DNA from: Macrostomum hystrix
Taxonomy: Eukaryota > Animalia > Platyhelminthes
NCBI GenBank assembly: GCA_950097015.1
Contig: CATNEN010000003.1
Location: 3,720,001-3,784,000 of the forward strand
Length of the DNA: 64,000 bases
Reading direction: 5' to 3'
The first letter of the stretch is position 1; each line of letters opens with the position of its first letter. The notes under the pieces were generated by a model. It was not told where the DNA came from and searched no databases. It saw nothing but the letters and a program-made list of their open reading frames with translations. Shown here piece after piece: positions 26,098-39,900 of this stretch. The translations under genes and the position numbers were made by a program.

Positions 26098-29000
26098 ATG
26101 GAGTCAGATTATGAGAAGCGCCTATTTGGCTCGCCACGCAATTCGCCTATTAAAGCCCTGACTAGTCCATCTACTACGCCGTTGAAAGATGGCTATGGGG
26201 ATCGATTCGTTTCCATGCGCAGTCCGCGTACCGCAGTTGCCAGGCGCGGCATCATCTTTGGCTGGCAGGATGGAGGCTCTCCCGCCGCTGCCGCCAACGC
26301 CGCCTCCTCCGCCTCAGCCTCAGCCTCAGCCAACACTGCTACTACCGCTTCAGCTTCCGCTACCAATGGTAGCGGAATTTCAGTAAATTTGGAAACTTAT
26401 CGCGCCCTACTAGACCAGGAGCTTAGCAACTCTGCTAATACTAATGGCCTAGTTGGCGGCGTTAGCAACGGAGTCGGTAGCACAATGCCCAACCAGTGTC
26501 CTGGTCACAGTCGCGTGCTTATGGCCAGAGAGACCAGCAGTCTGTTCACTGTGAGTTGCGATGCATTGCTAACAGTCTGCTCCTCTGCTCTGAGTAAAAT
26601 CATTTTTAGTTTTTATTTTCATTTTTAGTACAATCATTGGGATAAATCTAATCTGCTAACTTGTTCCTCATGGGATAACTCTAATCTAGTAACCTGTTCC
26701 TCATGGAATAACTCTAATCTAGTAACTTGTTCCTCATGGGATAACTCTAATCTAGTAACTTGTTCCTCATGGGATAACTCTAATCTAGTAACCTGTTCCT
26801 CATGGGATAACTCTAATCTAGTAACCTGTTCCTCATGGATTAACTCTAATCTAGTAACCTGTTCCTCATGGGATACCTCTAATCTAGTAACCTGTTCCTC
26901 ATGGGATACCTCTAATCTAGTAACCTGTTCCTCATGGGATAACTCTAATCTAGTAACCTGTTCCTCATGGGATAACTCTAATCTAGTAAGCTGTTCCTCA
27001 TGGGATAACTCTAATCTAGTAACCTGTTCCTCATGGGATAACTGTAATCTAGTAACCTGTTCCTCATGGGATAACTCTAATCTAGTAACTTGTTCCTCAT
27101 GGGATAACTCTAATCTAGTAACCTGTTCCTCATGGGATAACTCTAATCTAGTAACTTGTTCCTCATGGGATAACTCTAATCTAGTAACCTGTTCCTCATG
27201 GGATAACTCTAATCTAGTAACTTGTTCCTCATGGGATAACTCTAATCTAGTAACCTGTTCCTCATGGAATAACTCTAATCTAGTAACCTGTTCCTCATGG
27301 GATAACTCTAATCTAGTAACCTGTTCCTCATGGGATAACTCTAATCTAGTAACCTGTTCCTCATGGATTAACTCTAATCTAGTAACTTGTTCCTCATGGG
27401 ATAACTCTAATCTAGTAACCTGTTCCTCATGGATTAACTCTAATCTAGTAACCTGTTCCTCATGGGATAACTCTAATCTAGTAACCTGTTCCTCATGGGA
27501 TAACTCTAATCTAGTAACCTGTTCCTCATGGGATAACTCTAATCTAGTAACCTGTTCCTCATGGGATAACTGTAATCTAGTAACCGGTTCCTCATGGGAT
27601 AACTCTAATCTAGTAACTTGTTCCTCATGGGATAACTCTAATCTAGTAACCTTTTCCTCATGGGATAACTCTAATCTAGTAACTTGTTCCTCATGGGATA
27701 ACTCTAATCTAGTAACTTGTTCCTCATGGGATAACTCTAATCTAGTAACTTGTTCCTCATGGGATAACTCTAATCTAGTAACCTGTTCCTCATGGGATAA
27801 CTCTAATCTAGTAACTTGTTCCTCATGGGATAACTCTAATCTAGTAACCTGTTCCTCATGGGATAACTCTAATCTAGTAACCTGTTCCTCATGGGATAAC
27901 TCTAATCTAGTAACCTGTTCCTCATGGGATAACTGTAACTGAGGTCTAATGCGTTCAATCCGTTTCTCAATATGATAATCATCACTGTACATTAAATTTC
28001 CAGTTTCGCTCCCACCGGCAAAGCCCTCACGAATTTAAATCGGCGCCCTACATGCTTTCGCCAATTAGCGATGAATCGCAAAGAATTCTCAGTTCGCCAA
28101 AGCGGGTGAGTGTTTCTTAGTTTTCGACTACTTACTGAGCTTAATTAATTATAACAAGTATTCAGTGTTTTTTTGCTATCTACGTTAATTGCAGCAAGTT
28201 CGCAAAATACCTAAGCTGCCCTACAAAGTACTGGACGCGCCAGACTTATTGGACGATTTTTATTTGAACCTGGTGGACTGGTCTTCGCGCAATACACTGT
28301 CTGTTGGTCTGGGCAATTGTGTCTACCTGTGGAATGCCTATACTAGTCAGGTGAGATTTCTAATATTTATTTTTTTATAATCTCAGAACTACTAAGACTA
28401 CTTTCATTGATTTACATTCAATTGGTTGTGTTTTAGATGTTTCTCGAGCGATATGTTTTGAAAAACTTATCTTTAAGCCATCAAGGTTTAGATATTTAGA
28501 TGTTTTAGATGTTTCTTGAACGATATGTTTCGAAAAACTTATCTTTAAGTCATCAACGTTTCTATTCATTATGTTTTACAATATTTGTCAGAAGCGCCAT
28601 CTTTAATAATGATAATGATTGCCGGAGGGCTGCGGGCAGTGGCACACCATTTGGTGACACTAGACCCGCAGCCAGCGAGGAGGCAATTCTGCCCATTTCG
28701 CTAACTCCTCAGTACACAGGCACACAGATACTAAACGCAGGCACACACCCACACAGGTGTGTACACCTGCCCTGACTTTCTTATCGTCAGGCAGTGTACA
28801 TTTCACGGTGCCTAGTCACCATATTTAGGTTTCCTTATTATGCCAATTTTATGTATCACCCACGATATGTATCGAAAAAAACATTTTAGGTGACTAGACT
28901 GTGTGATCTAAGCACCGAGCACGACAGTGTTTCTTCGGTGGCTTGGTCTGAAAAAGGCGACCTAGTTGCTGTCGGCACCCACCGCTGTCAGGTACAAATC

Positions 29001-32000
29001 TGGGACGTCACCACGACAGAGAAAGTGCGCGTCTTCGAAGACCACAACGGCCGAGTCGGCGCACTGGCCTGGAACGGCGACATTCTGGCCAGTGGCTCCC
29101 GCGACCGCACCATCCGGCTTTGGGACCATCGGCGCTCCGGCGGAGGCGGCTCCTCGGGTGGATTCTCTCGACCAGCGCCGACGCAACGGCTGACAGAGCA
29201 CCGCCAGGAGGTCTGCGGTCTCAAATGGAGTCCGGATCATCAGCATCTGGCTAGCGGCGGCAATGATAACAAGCTATTGGTCTGGTCTACTCATTCTACT
29301 CAGCCTTTGCTCACCTACGACGATCACGCTGCCGCCGTCAAGGCCATCGCCTGGTCGCCGCATCAGCACGGACTGCTGGCTTCTGGCGGTGGCACGGCTG
29401 ATCGCTGCATCCGCTTCTGGAATACCCTCACGTCCCAGCCACTGAACTGCATCGATACCGGATCACAGGTAGGACAGGAAACTCGCTGATTCTGATTGGA
29501 TAAGAATATGCTAATCTGACCTTGTGCGAGTGAAATTATGTAGCTTGCCAATATTTTCCTATGGTTGTGGCGTTATCCCATATAGTGAGCATGATTTTAT
29601 TTTCCAATATGAGTTGTTACTATCCCATCGATAGCTAATCTACTCGCATATCAGGTGTAATTATCCCATCGATAGCTAATCTACTCGCATACCAGGTGTA
29701 ATTATCCCATGGATAGCTAATCTACTCGCATACCAGGTGTAATTATCCCATGGATAGCTAATCTACTCGCATACCAGGTGTAATTATCCCATCGATAGCT
29801 AATCTACTCGCATATCAGGTGTAATTATCCCATCGATAGCTAATCTACTCGCATACCAGGTGTAATTATCCCATGGATTGCTAATCTACTGCCATACCAG
29901 GTGTAATTATCCCATGGATTGCTAATCTACTGCCATATCAGGTGTAATTATCCCATGGATTGCTAATCTACTGCCATATCAGGTGTAATTATCCCATGGA
30001 TTGCTAATCTACTGCCATATCAGGTGTAATTATCCCATGGATTGCTAATCTACTGCCATACCAGGTGTAATTATCCCATGGATTGCTAATCTACTGCCAT
30101 ATCAGGTGTAATTATCCCATGGATTGCTAATCTACTGCCATACCAGGTGTAATTATCCCATGGATTGCTAATCTACTGCCATACCAGGTGTAATTATCCC
30201 ATGGATTGCTAATCTACTGCCATACCAGGTGTAATTATCCCATGGATTGCTAATCTACTGCCATACCAGGTGTAATTATCCCATGGATTGCTAATCTACT
30301 GCCATATCAGGTGTAATTATCCCATGGATTGCTAATCTACTGCCATATCAGGTGTAATTATCCCATGGATTGCTAATCTACTACCATATCAGGTGTAATT
30401 ATCCCATGGATTGCTAATCTACTGCCATATCAGGTGTAATTATCCCATGGATTGCTAATCTACTCGCATACCAGGTGTAATTATCCCATGGATTGCTAAT
30501 CTACTCGCATACCAGGTGTAATTATCCCATGGATTGCTAATCTACTCGCATACCAGGTGTAATTATCCCATGGATAGCTAATCTACTCGCATACCAGGTG
30601 TAATTATCCCATGGATAGCTAATCTACTCGCATACCAGGTGTAATTATCCCATGGATTGCTAATCTACTGCCATACCAGGTGTAATTATCCCATGGATTG
30701 CTAATCTACTGCCATATCAGGTGTAATTATCCCATGGATTGCTAATCTACTGCCATACCAGGTGTAATTATCCCATGGATTGCTAATCTACTGCCATATC
30801 AGGTGTAATTATCCCATGGATTGCTAATCTACTGCCATATCAGGTGTAATTATCCCATGTATTGCTAATCTACTGCCATATCAGGTGTAATTATCCCATG
30901 GATTGCTAATCTACTGCCATACCAGGTGTAATTATCCCATGGATTGCTAATCTACTGCCATATCAGGTGTAATTATCCCATGGATTGCTAATCTACTGCC
31001 ATATCAGGTGTAATTATCCCATGGATTGCTAATCTACTCGCATACCAGGTGTAATTATCCCATGGATTGCTAATCTACTGCCATATCAGGTGTAATTATC
31101 CCATGGATTGCTAATCTACTCGCATACCAGGTGTAATTATCCCATGGATTGCTAATCTACTCGCATACCAGGTGTAATTATCCCATGGATTGCTAATCTA
31201 CTGCCATACCAGGTGTAATTATCCCATGGATTGCTAATCTACTGCCATACCAGGTGTAATTATCCCATGGATTGCTAATCTACTGCCATACCAGGTGTAA
31301 TTATCCCATGGATTGCTAATCTACTCGCATACCAGGTGTAATTATCCCATGGATTGCTAATCTACTGCCATATCAGGTGTAATTATCCCATGGATTGCTA
31401 ATCTACTGCCATATCAGGTGTAATTATCCCATGGATTGCTAATCTACTGCCATACCAGGTGTAATTATCCCATGGATTGCTAATCTACTCGCATACCAGG
31501 TGTAATTATCCCATGGATTGCTAATCTACTCGCATACCAGGTGTAATTATCCCATGGATTGCTAATCTACTCGCATATCAGGTGTAATTATCCCATGGAT
31601 TGCTAATCTACTGCCATACCAGGTGTAATTATCCCATGGATTGCTAATCTACTGCCATATCAGGTGTAATTATCCCATGGATTGCTAATCTACTGCCATA
31701 CCAGGTGTAATTATCCCATGGATTGCTAATCTACTGCCATACCAGGTGTAATTATCCCATGGATTGCTAATCTACTGCCATACCAGGTGTAATTATCCCA
31801 TGGATTGCTAATCTACTGCCATACCAGGTGTAATTATCCCATGGATTGCTAATCTACTCGCATACCAGGTGTAATTATCCCATGGATTGCTAATCTACTG
31901 GCATAACTGATATATTTCAACAATCATTCACAATATTCGCAGGTGTGCAACATTGCCTGGTCCAAGCACTCGAACGAGTTGGTTACCACTCACGGCTACT

Positions 32001-32221
32001 CGCAAAACCAGATCCTGTTATGGAAGTACCCGGCCCTGACCCAGATTGCCAAGCTCACTGGTCACAGCAGCCGGGTACTCTACCTGGCTGTTAGCCCCGA
32101 CGGCGAGTCCATAGTTACGGGGGCCGGCGATGAGACCCTCCGTTTCTGGCACGTGTTCAGCAAAGCCAAGCAGGGCAAAACTAGCCACTCTCAGTTGGGA
32201 CTATTCGCCGGCGTGCGATGA
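26098..32221 (+). CDS. FZR1: fizzy-related / Cdh1 APC/C coactivator (~522 aa, 5 coding exons)
   Basis: Exons 26098-26550, 28004-28105, 28195-28350, 28890-29468, 31943-32221, all phase 0. N-terminal MESDYEKRL, RKIPKLPYKVLDAPDLLDDFYLNLVDWS, WD40 repeats HRQEVCGLKWS and LLASGGGTADRCIRFWN, and GAGDETLRFW are Cdh1-type signatures. Confidence 0.95.
26635..27938. repeat. 33-bp minisatellite (CATGGGATAACTCTAATCTAGTAACCTGTTCCT)n
   Basis: About 39 units in FZR1 intron 1. Confidence 0.97.
28604..28812 (-). mobile_element. SINE family 2, 5'-truncated
   Basis: 3' half of family 2 with its tail, in FZR1 intron 3. Confidence 0.85.
29620..31905. repeat. 41-bp minisatellite (ATCCCATGGATTGCTAATCTACTGCCATACCAGGTGTAATT)n
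   Basis: About 55 units filling FZR1 intron 4. Confidence 0.97.
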
Positions 32222-33002
32222 AGCTTTATAACTTGGGATCTACTTTGTCAGCTGGTTTGACGGGCATTTCAATGGGAGTGCAGATGATTACCATTTCTAT
32301 TGCTTATGTAGTAGCATCGGCGAGACAGTTTTTGTTAATTAGTCCAAGCAATAAACATGTACAATGTGTGTACATATTGCTGCATTATTTTCCTTCACTC
32401 ATTTAAACAATCTGTGTTGTATCTTTGAAAACTTTGTACAACTTTTCTCTTCTTTTTTTTAGCTGCTCGTAATCGAGCACCAATAAACGCACTGCAATTT
32501 GATTGTAAACATTATATTTCTATTTTTATGTGCGGTGTAAATGTGCTTATTTTAAACTTCGCACGATAAGCTGCGGCATCTTCAAGATAATTCTGATGAC
32601 ACTACTGTCCACCTAGCTAAAACGAAAGATAAGTAAATGATTTTGTACGTCAATTCGGCAACAACTTTTTTTAGTAGAGCGCAAATTTTCTTCAACCTTC
32701 TACTATTAGTAGGTACGCTGGTGCTAGTGTCGAGCGCGACTTTTTGCTATTTCAGTTCTGTCACTAAAATGATCCATGTGAAAGCAATGAAAGTGTAAAA
32801 CATTATAGTGCGAGAAGCCTAAATACTTATATTATACTGCGCTCAATTGAATAGCCTGCTACACAATCTTTGTTGGCTCTGCTCACACCAACAACTAGCA
32901 CACTACCATCAGTGTGTGTCAATTCTTGCTTTTGATGTAGTCGCATTTCGGTCTTTGGTTTTACTTTACTATTTATCTATTCTGGGCATAACTCAGTTTC
33001 CC

Positions 33003-34399
33003 CACATCAACTCCCAGTCTCTGACATCAACTCCCAGTCTCTGACATCAATCCCCAGTCTCTGACATCAATCCTTAGTCTCTGACATCAACCCCCAGTCT
33101 CTGACATCAATCCCCAGTCTCTGACATCAATCCCCAGTCTCTGACATCAACCCCCAGTCTCTGACATCAATCCCCAGTCTCTGACATCATTCCCCAGTCT
33201 CTGACATCAATCCTCAGTCTCTGACATCATTCCCCAGTCTCTGACATCAATCCTCAGTCTCTGACATCAATCCCCAGTCTCTGACATCAATCCCCAGTCT
33301 CTGACATCAATCCCCAGTCTCTGACATCAACCCCCAGTCTCTGACATCAATCCCCAGTCTCTGACATCAATCCCCAGTCTCTGACATCAATCCCCAGTCT
33401 CTGACATCAATCCTCAGTCTCTGACATCAATCCCCAGTCTCTGACATCAATCCCCAGTCTCTGACATCAATCCTCAGTCTCTGACATCAATCCCCAGTCT
33501 CTAACATCAATCCCCAGTCTCTGACATCAATCCCCAGTCTCTGACATCAATCCCCAGTCTCTGACATCAATCCTTAGTCTCTGACATCAATCCCCAGTCT
33601 CTGACATCTTTCTCCAGTCTCTGACATCAATCCCCAGTCTCTGACATCAATCCCCAGTCTCTGACATCAATCCCCAGTCTCTGACATCAATCCCCAGTCT
33701 CTGACATCAATCCCCAGTCTCTGACATCAATCCCCAGTCTCTGACATCAATCCCCAGTCTCTGACATCAATCCCCAGTCTCTGACATCAATCCTTAGTCT
33801 CTGACATCAACCCCCAGTCTCTGACATCAATCCCCAGTCTCTGACATCAATCCCCAGTCTCTGACATCTTTCTCCAGTCTCTGACATCAATCCCCAGTCT
33901 CTGACATCAATCCCCAGTCTCTGACATCAATCCCCAGTCTCTAACATCAATCCCCAGTCTCTGACATCAATCCCCAGTCTCTGACATCAATCCTTAGTCT
34001 CTGACATCAATCCCCAGTCTCTGACATCAATCCTTAGTCTCTGACATCAACCCCCAGTCTCTGACATCAATCCCCAGTCTCTGACATCAATCCCCAGTCT
34101 CTGACATCAATCCTTAGTCTCTGACATCAATCCCCAGTCTCTGACATCAATCCTTAGTCTCTGACATCAACCCCCAGTCTCTGACATCAATCCCCAGTCT
34201 CTGACATCAATCCCCAGTCTCTGACATCAATCCTTAGTCTCTGACATCAATCCCCAGTCTCTGACATCAATCCCCAGTCTCTGACATCAATCCTTAGTCT
34301 CTGACATCAATCCCCAGTCTCTGACATCAACCCTTAGTCTCTGACATCAATCCCCAGTCTCTGACATCAATCCCCAGTCTCTGACATCAATTCCCAGTC
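33003..34399. repeat. 20-bp minisatellite (CTGACATCAATCCCCAGTCT)n
   Basis: About 70 units in perfect register. Confidence 0.97.
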
Positions 34400-35186
34400 A
34401 GTAAATTGATTGGCTCTATAGCCTTTTAATATATCTATATATATAAAAGTGAAAACTCTGTCTGTCTGTCTGTCTGTGTGTGTGTGTGTGTGTGCAACCT
34501 TTTGTCTTTATAGACGCCGAAACCGCTCAACCAAATCGCACCAAACTTTGCACATACCTAAAACCACCTACGCTGAGTGCAATAGGCTACTCAAATTCCT
34601 GAAAAATCATTTCCTTCCTGCTCAAAAGTGCAAAAAACTGCTCAAAAATCGTCAAAAAATCACTCAATTCGACATATCGTCGCCCCACTTTGTCAGATTT
34701 TCTCCAAATTTGATCCACTTACACTTTACATGTTTTCCAACAATGCTGTCAATTTTGAACATCTCTACTCAATCCAGAGCAAAGCTGCATCATCTCAAAG
34801 TGAGTCACTTTTTGTTTTCCGAGGACAGCCACCCCAACTCTCCTCCGCCACTCTGCGGGCCAAATTTTATTACAGCCACCCCCTCCCTTCCCCGGGCGCC
34901 GGAACCCCAGACTGTACATTGTATTTCAAGCCGTGAATGTACACAGCCCAAACCCCTAAACTGTCTACTGGCCCCCAAGCAGCACTGAGACTGTGCGGTG
35001 AGTGCGGTGGCGTCCCAGTGTCTGTCTTTTGTCTTTATAGACGCCGAAACCGCTCAACCAAATCGCACCAAACTTTGCACATACCTAAAACCACCTACGC
35101 TGAGTGCAATAGGCTACTCAAATTCCCGAAAAATCATTTCCTTCCTGCTCAAAAGTGCAAAAAACTGCTCAAAAATCGTCAAAAAA

Positions 35187-35850
35187 GCTCAAGGCAAAAG
35201 TTTACCCGAACCTGATGGTTCGATATGCTGACGTTGACTGGCTGTCAGAGAGGGCAATTCTGTGTCCTAGAAATGATGCCGCCAACGAAATTAACTACCA
35301 ACTGCTTCAGGAGTTGCCAGGTGCAGTTTTCACCTACAAGTCAATTGATACAACGTTGACTGATGACACCGCTGTGGAGTATCCTGTTGAGTTTCTGAAC
35401 TCTCTAGATCCTCCTGGAACTCCATCGCACAACTTGCAGCTGAAAGTTGGGGCACCAATTATGCTCCTCCGCAACCTGAATGCGCCAAGGCTGTGTAACG
35501 GCACCAGACTGATAGTCAGGCGGCTCTTCCCACACGTGATTGAGGCCACGATAATGACTGGATCTGGCAGAGGAGAGTCTGTGTTCGTTCCCCGGATTCC
35601 AATTATCCCCACGGACCTGCCATTTCAGTTCAAGCGACTGCAGTTCCCTGTGAGAGTGTGCTTTGCGATGACTATTAACAAGGCTCAGGGACAGTCGCTG
35701 AAGGTGGCTGGCATCAACCTGGAGACTCCTTGCTTCTCGCATGGGCAGCTTTATGTCGCCTGCTCCCGTGTTGGAACTCCAGCTGGCCTATTCATTTTCG
35801 CACCAAGGGGAAGAACGAAGAATGTGGTGTATCCCCAGGCCTTGAGGTGA
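35187..35850 (+). pseudogene. Helitron PIF1-helicase C-terminal fragment (open frame)
   Basis: [12 protein letters not shown]...YPVEFLNSL...[12 protein letters not shown]...[11 protein letters not shown]...TKNVVY; lacks Walker A and the Rep domain. Confidence 0.9.
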
Positions 35851-36002
35851 CTCGCAAGCAATTAATAGAAAAGTAGTCACGAATTGACCTTGACCTGTCT
35901 AACTCTGAACTCTGAAACAGTTTAATTTTGTTTCTTTGACATTGTTATTGTTATGCCATGGCTATTTTCCTTATGTATACGCGTGTACATGCATACTGTA
36001 TA

Positions 36003-36281
36003 CAGAGGCAGATTTAGGGGGGGGGGGGCGGTGGGGGGCAGTCGCCCCCCTAAATTTTAATCATGGGAATAAGATGCCCCCACCAGGGGCGCCAGTCGCA
36101 GCACTGGCGCCCCTTTTCGGCCGCTGGTGCCCCTTTTTCAGCCGCTGGCTCCCGTTTTTCAGCCGCTTGCGCCCTTTCTTGGCTCCTGGCGCCCTTTTTC
36201 GGCCGCTGGCACCCCCTTTGTGATTCTCATGGCGCTCCCCTGACAGACCGCCCCAAAACAAAATTCCTGGATCTGCCACTG
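36003..36281. mobile_element. hAT-type MITE nested in Helitron copy 2
   Basis: Same TIRs as 21354-21593; perfect TSD ACTGTATA at 35995-36002 and 36282-36289. Confidence 0.9.
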
Positions 36282-36939
36282 ACTGTATAGAGGAGTGGCT
36301 AAGAGACATGTTTCTAAAGAAGTAATCAAGAGGGGGCTGTTTGGACAAACTTTTCACTTATTTTTTACTTAAAACGCCCTTAAACAAACTCTTCACTTTT
36401 CATTAATGCAGTAAATAAATAAATGGTGACCTTCACTATAAAGTTAATACAGAGACGTGAATTGCTTACTGCTTTGCTTTAAATTTCTGCCCCAAAAACA
36501 ACGGGCAAAAAAAGCTAGTATATATATATATATAGCCTATAGCATTGAATCATTTTCCTTTCATTTTCAAACGAATTATAGGTACAGGGCCAATAAAGAG
36601 CTGTAAATATCTGTCAAGTGTAATGCAAACAGACAAAAAAAAGTTAAAGATCTACGAGTAATAAAAGCTTCGAAGAACATTCTCCATAATGCTTCCGAAT
36701 GCATTCAGACTAAATTGGACTCATTGTAGATTTTTTAGCAAATAAAGTAACGTATAAATAAATAACGTATGAGACAAAACCGAGACAGACAAGCAGCTTG
36801 ATGACATTGTTATGGAAACACAGAGACTTGTGTTTGAACAATCGATAATATAGCTGTGCCAAATTAATCATCCGGATTACCAAACATAGCTACTTGCAAT
36901 ATCTCTGAATTTTTATCTCCACATCTGACACTTCCTCTT

Positions 36940-39900
36940 TGACTCTCCACTAATTCCCTCACTGACTCTCTACTATCTCCCTCACTGACTCTCCACTAAT
37001 TCCCTCACTGACTCTCCACTAATTCCCTCACTGACTCTCCACTATCTCCCTCACTGACTCTCCACTAATTCCCTCACTGACTCTCTACTATCTCCCTCAC
37101 TGACTCTCCACTAATTCCCTCACTGACTCTCCACTAACTCCCTCACTGACTCTCCACTAATTCCCTCACTGACTCTCCACTAATTCCCTCACTGACACTC
37201 CACTAATTCCCTCACTGACACTCCACTAATTCCCTCACTGACTCTCCACTAATTCCCTCACTGACACTCCACTAATTCCCTCACTGACTCTCTACTAATT
37301 CCCTCACTGACACTCCACTAATTCCCTCACTGACTCTCCACTAATTCCCTCACTGACACTCCACTAATTCCCTCACTGACACTCCACTAATTCCCTCACT
37401 GACTCTCCACTATCTCCCTCACTGACTCTCCACTAATTCCCTCACTGACTCTCTACTATCTCCCTCACTGACTCTCCACTAATTCCCTCACTGACTCTCC
37501 ACTAACTCCCTCACTGACTCTCCACTAATTCCCTCACTGACTCTCCACTAATTCCCTCACTGACACTCCACTATCTCCCTCACTGACACTCCACTAATTC
37601 CCTCACTGACACTCCACTAATTCCCTCACTGACACTCCACTAACTCCCTCACTGACTCTCCACTAATTCCCTCACTGACTCTCCACTAATTCCCTCACTG
37701 ACTCTCCACTAATTCCCTCACTGACACTCCACTAATTCCCTCACTGACACTCCACTAATTCCCTCACTGACTCTCCACTAATTCCCTCACTGACACTCCA
37801 CTAATTCCCTCACTGACTCTCTACTAATTCCCTCACTGACACTCCACTAATTCCCTCACTGACTCTCCACTAATTCCCTCACTGACACTCCACTAATTCC
37901 CTCACTGACACTCCACTAATTCCCTCACTGACTCTCCACTAATTCCCTCACTGACACTCCACTAATTCCCTCACTGACTCTCTACTAATTCCCTCACTGA
38001 CACTCCACTAATTCCCTCACTGACTCTCCACTAATTCCCTCACTGACTCTCCACTAATTCCCTCACTGACACTCCACTAATTCCCTCACTGACTCTCCAC
38101 TAATTCCCTCACTGACTCTCCACTAATTCCCTCACTGACACTCCACTAATTCCCTCACTGACACTCCACTATCTCCCTCACTGACACTCCACTATCTCCC
38201 TCACTGACACTCCACTAATTCCCTCACTGACACTCCACTAATTCCCTCACTGACACTCCACTAATTCCCTCACTGACACTCCACTAATTCCCTCACTGAC
38301 ACTCCACTATCTCCCTCACTGACACTCCACTAATTCCCTCACTGACACTCCACTATCTCCCTCACTGACACTCCACTATCTCCCTCACTGACTCTCCACT
38401 AATTCCCTCACTGACTCTCCACTAATTCCCTCACTGACACTCCACTAATTCCCTCACTGACTCTCCACTAATTCCCTCACTGACTCTCCACTAATTCCCT
38501 CACTGACACTCCACTAACTCTCTCACTGACTCTCCACTAACTCCCTCACTGACTCTCTACTAACTCCCTCACTGACTCTCCACTAACTCTCTCACTGACT
38601 CTCCACTAACTCTCTCACTGACTCTCCACTAATTCCCTCACTGACACTCCACTATCTCCCTCACTGACACTCCACTAACTCCCTCACTGACACTCCACTA
38701 ACTCCCTCACTGACACTCCACTAATTCCCTCACTGACACTCCACTAATTCCCTCACTGACACTCCACTAATTCCCTCACTGACACTCCACTAATTCCCTC
38801 ACTGACACTCCACTAACTCTCTCACTGACTCTCCACTAACTCTCTCACTGACTCTCCACTAATTCCCTCACTGACACTCCACTATCTCCCTCACTGACAC
38901 TCCACTAACTCCCTCACTGACACTCCACTAACTCCCTCACTGACACTCCACTAATTCCCTCACTGACACTCCACTAATTCCCTCACTGACACTCCACTAA
39001 TTCCCTCACTGACACTCCACTAATTCCCTCACTGACACTCCACTAACTCCCTCACTGACACTCCACTAACTCCCTCACTGACACTCCACTAATTCCCTCA
39101 CTGACACTCCACTAACTCCCTCACTGACACTCCACTAACTCCCTCACTGACACTCCACTAATTCCCTCACTGACTCTCCACTAACTCTCCACTAACTCCC
39201 TCACTGACACTCCACTAATTCCCTCACTGACACTCCACTAATTCCCTCACTGACACTCCACTAATTCCCTCACTGACACTCCACTAATTCCCTCACTGAC
39301 ACTCCACTATCTCCCTCACTGACACTCCACTAATTCCCTCACTGACACTCCACTAATTCCCTCACTGACACTCCACTAATTCCCTCACTGACACTCCACT
39401 ATCTCCCTCACTGACACTCCACTAACTCCCTCACTGACACTCCACTAACTCCCTCACTGACACTCCACTAATTCCCTCACTGACTCTCCACTAACTCTCC
39501 ACTAACTCCCTCACTGACACTCCACTAATTCCCTCACTGACACTCCACTAATTCCCTCACTGACACTCCACTAATTCCCTCACTGACACTCCACTAATTC
39601 CCTCACTGACACTCCACTAATTCCCTCACTGACACTCCACTAACTCCCTCACTGACTCTCCACTAACTCCCTCACTGACTCTCCACTAATTCCCTCACTG
39701 ACACTCCACTAACTCTCTCACTGACTCTCCACTAATTCCCTCACTGACACTCCACTAATTCCCTCACTGACACTCCACTAACTCTCTCACTGACACTCCA
39801 CTAATTCCCTCACTGACACTCCACTAATTCCCTCACTGACACTCCACTAATTCCTTCACTGACACTCCACTAATTCCCTCACTGACTCTCTACTAATTCC

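Larger units (their letters stand above)
34434..36518 (+). mobile_element. non-autonomous Helitron, copy 2
   Basis: A|TC 5' end; subterminal hairpin then CTAG|T 3' end; AT target; internal duplication of the 5' region at about 35020-35186; PIF1 fragment. Confidence 0.92.

Noticed and set aside
26634-27992. 452-aa minus-strand ORF (ELSHEEQVTRL)n resembling a coiled-coil protein
   Set aside because: Translation of a 33-bp intronic minisatellite antisense to FZR1; a unit length divisible by 3 keeps the frame open by chance.
29620-31905. CRISPR-like appearance of 33-63-bp arrays
   Set aside because: Head-to-tail units with no unique spacers, no cas genes, and a eukaryotic context.
20713-35850. 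Host PIF1 helicase genes
   Set aside because: Intronless C-terminal fragments lacking Walker A, bounded by Helitron TC...CTAG termini.
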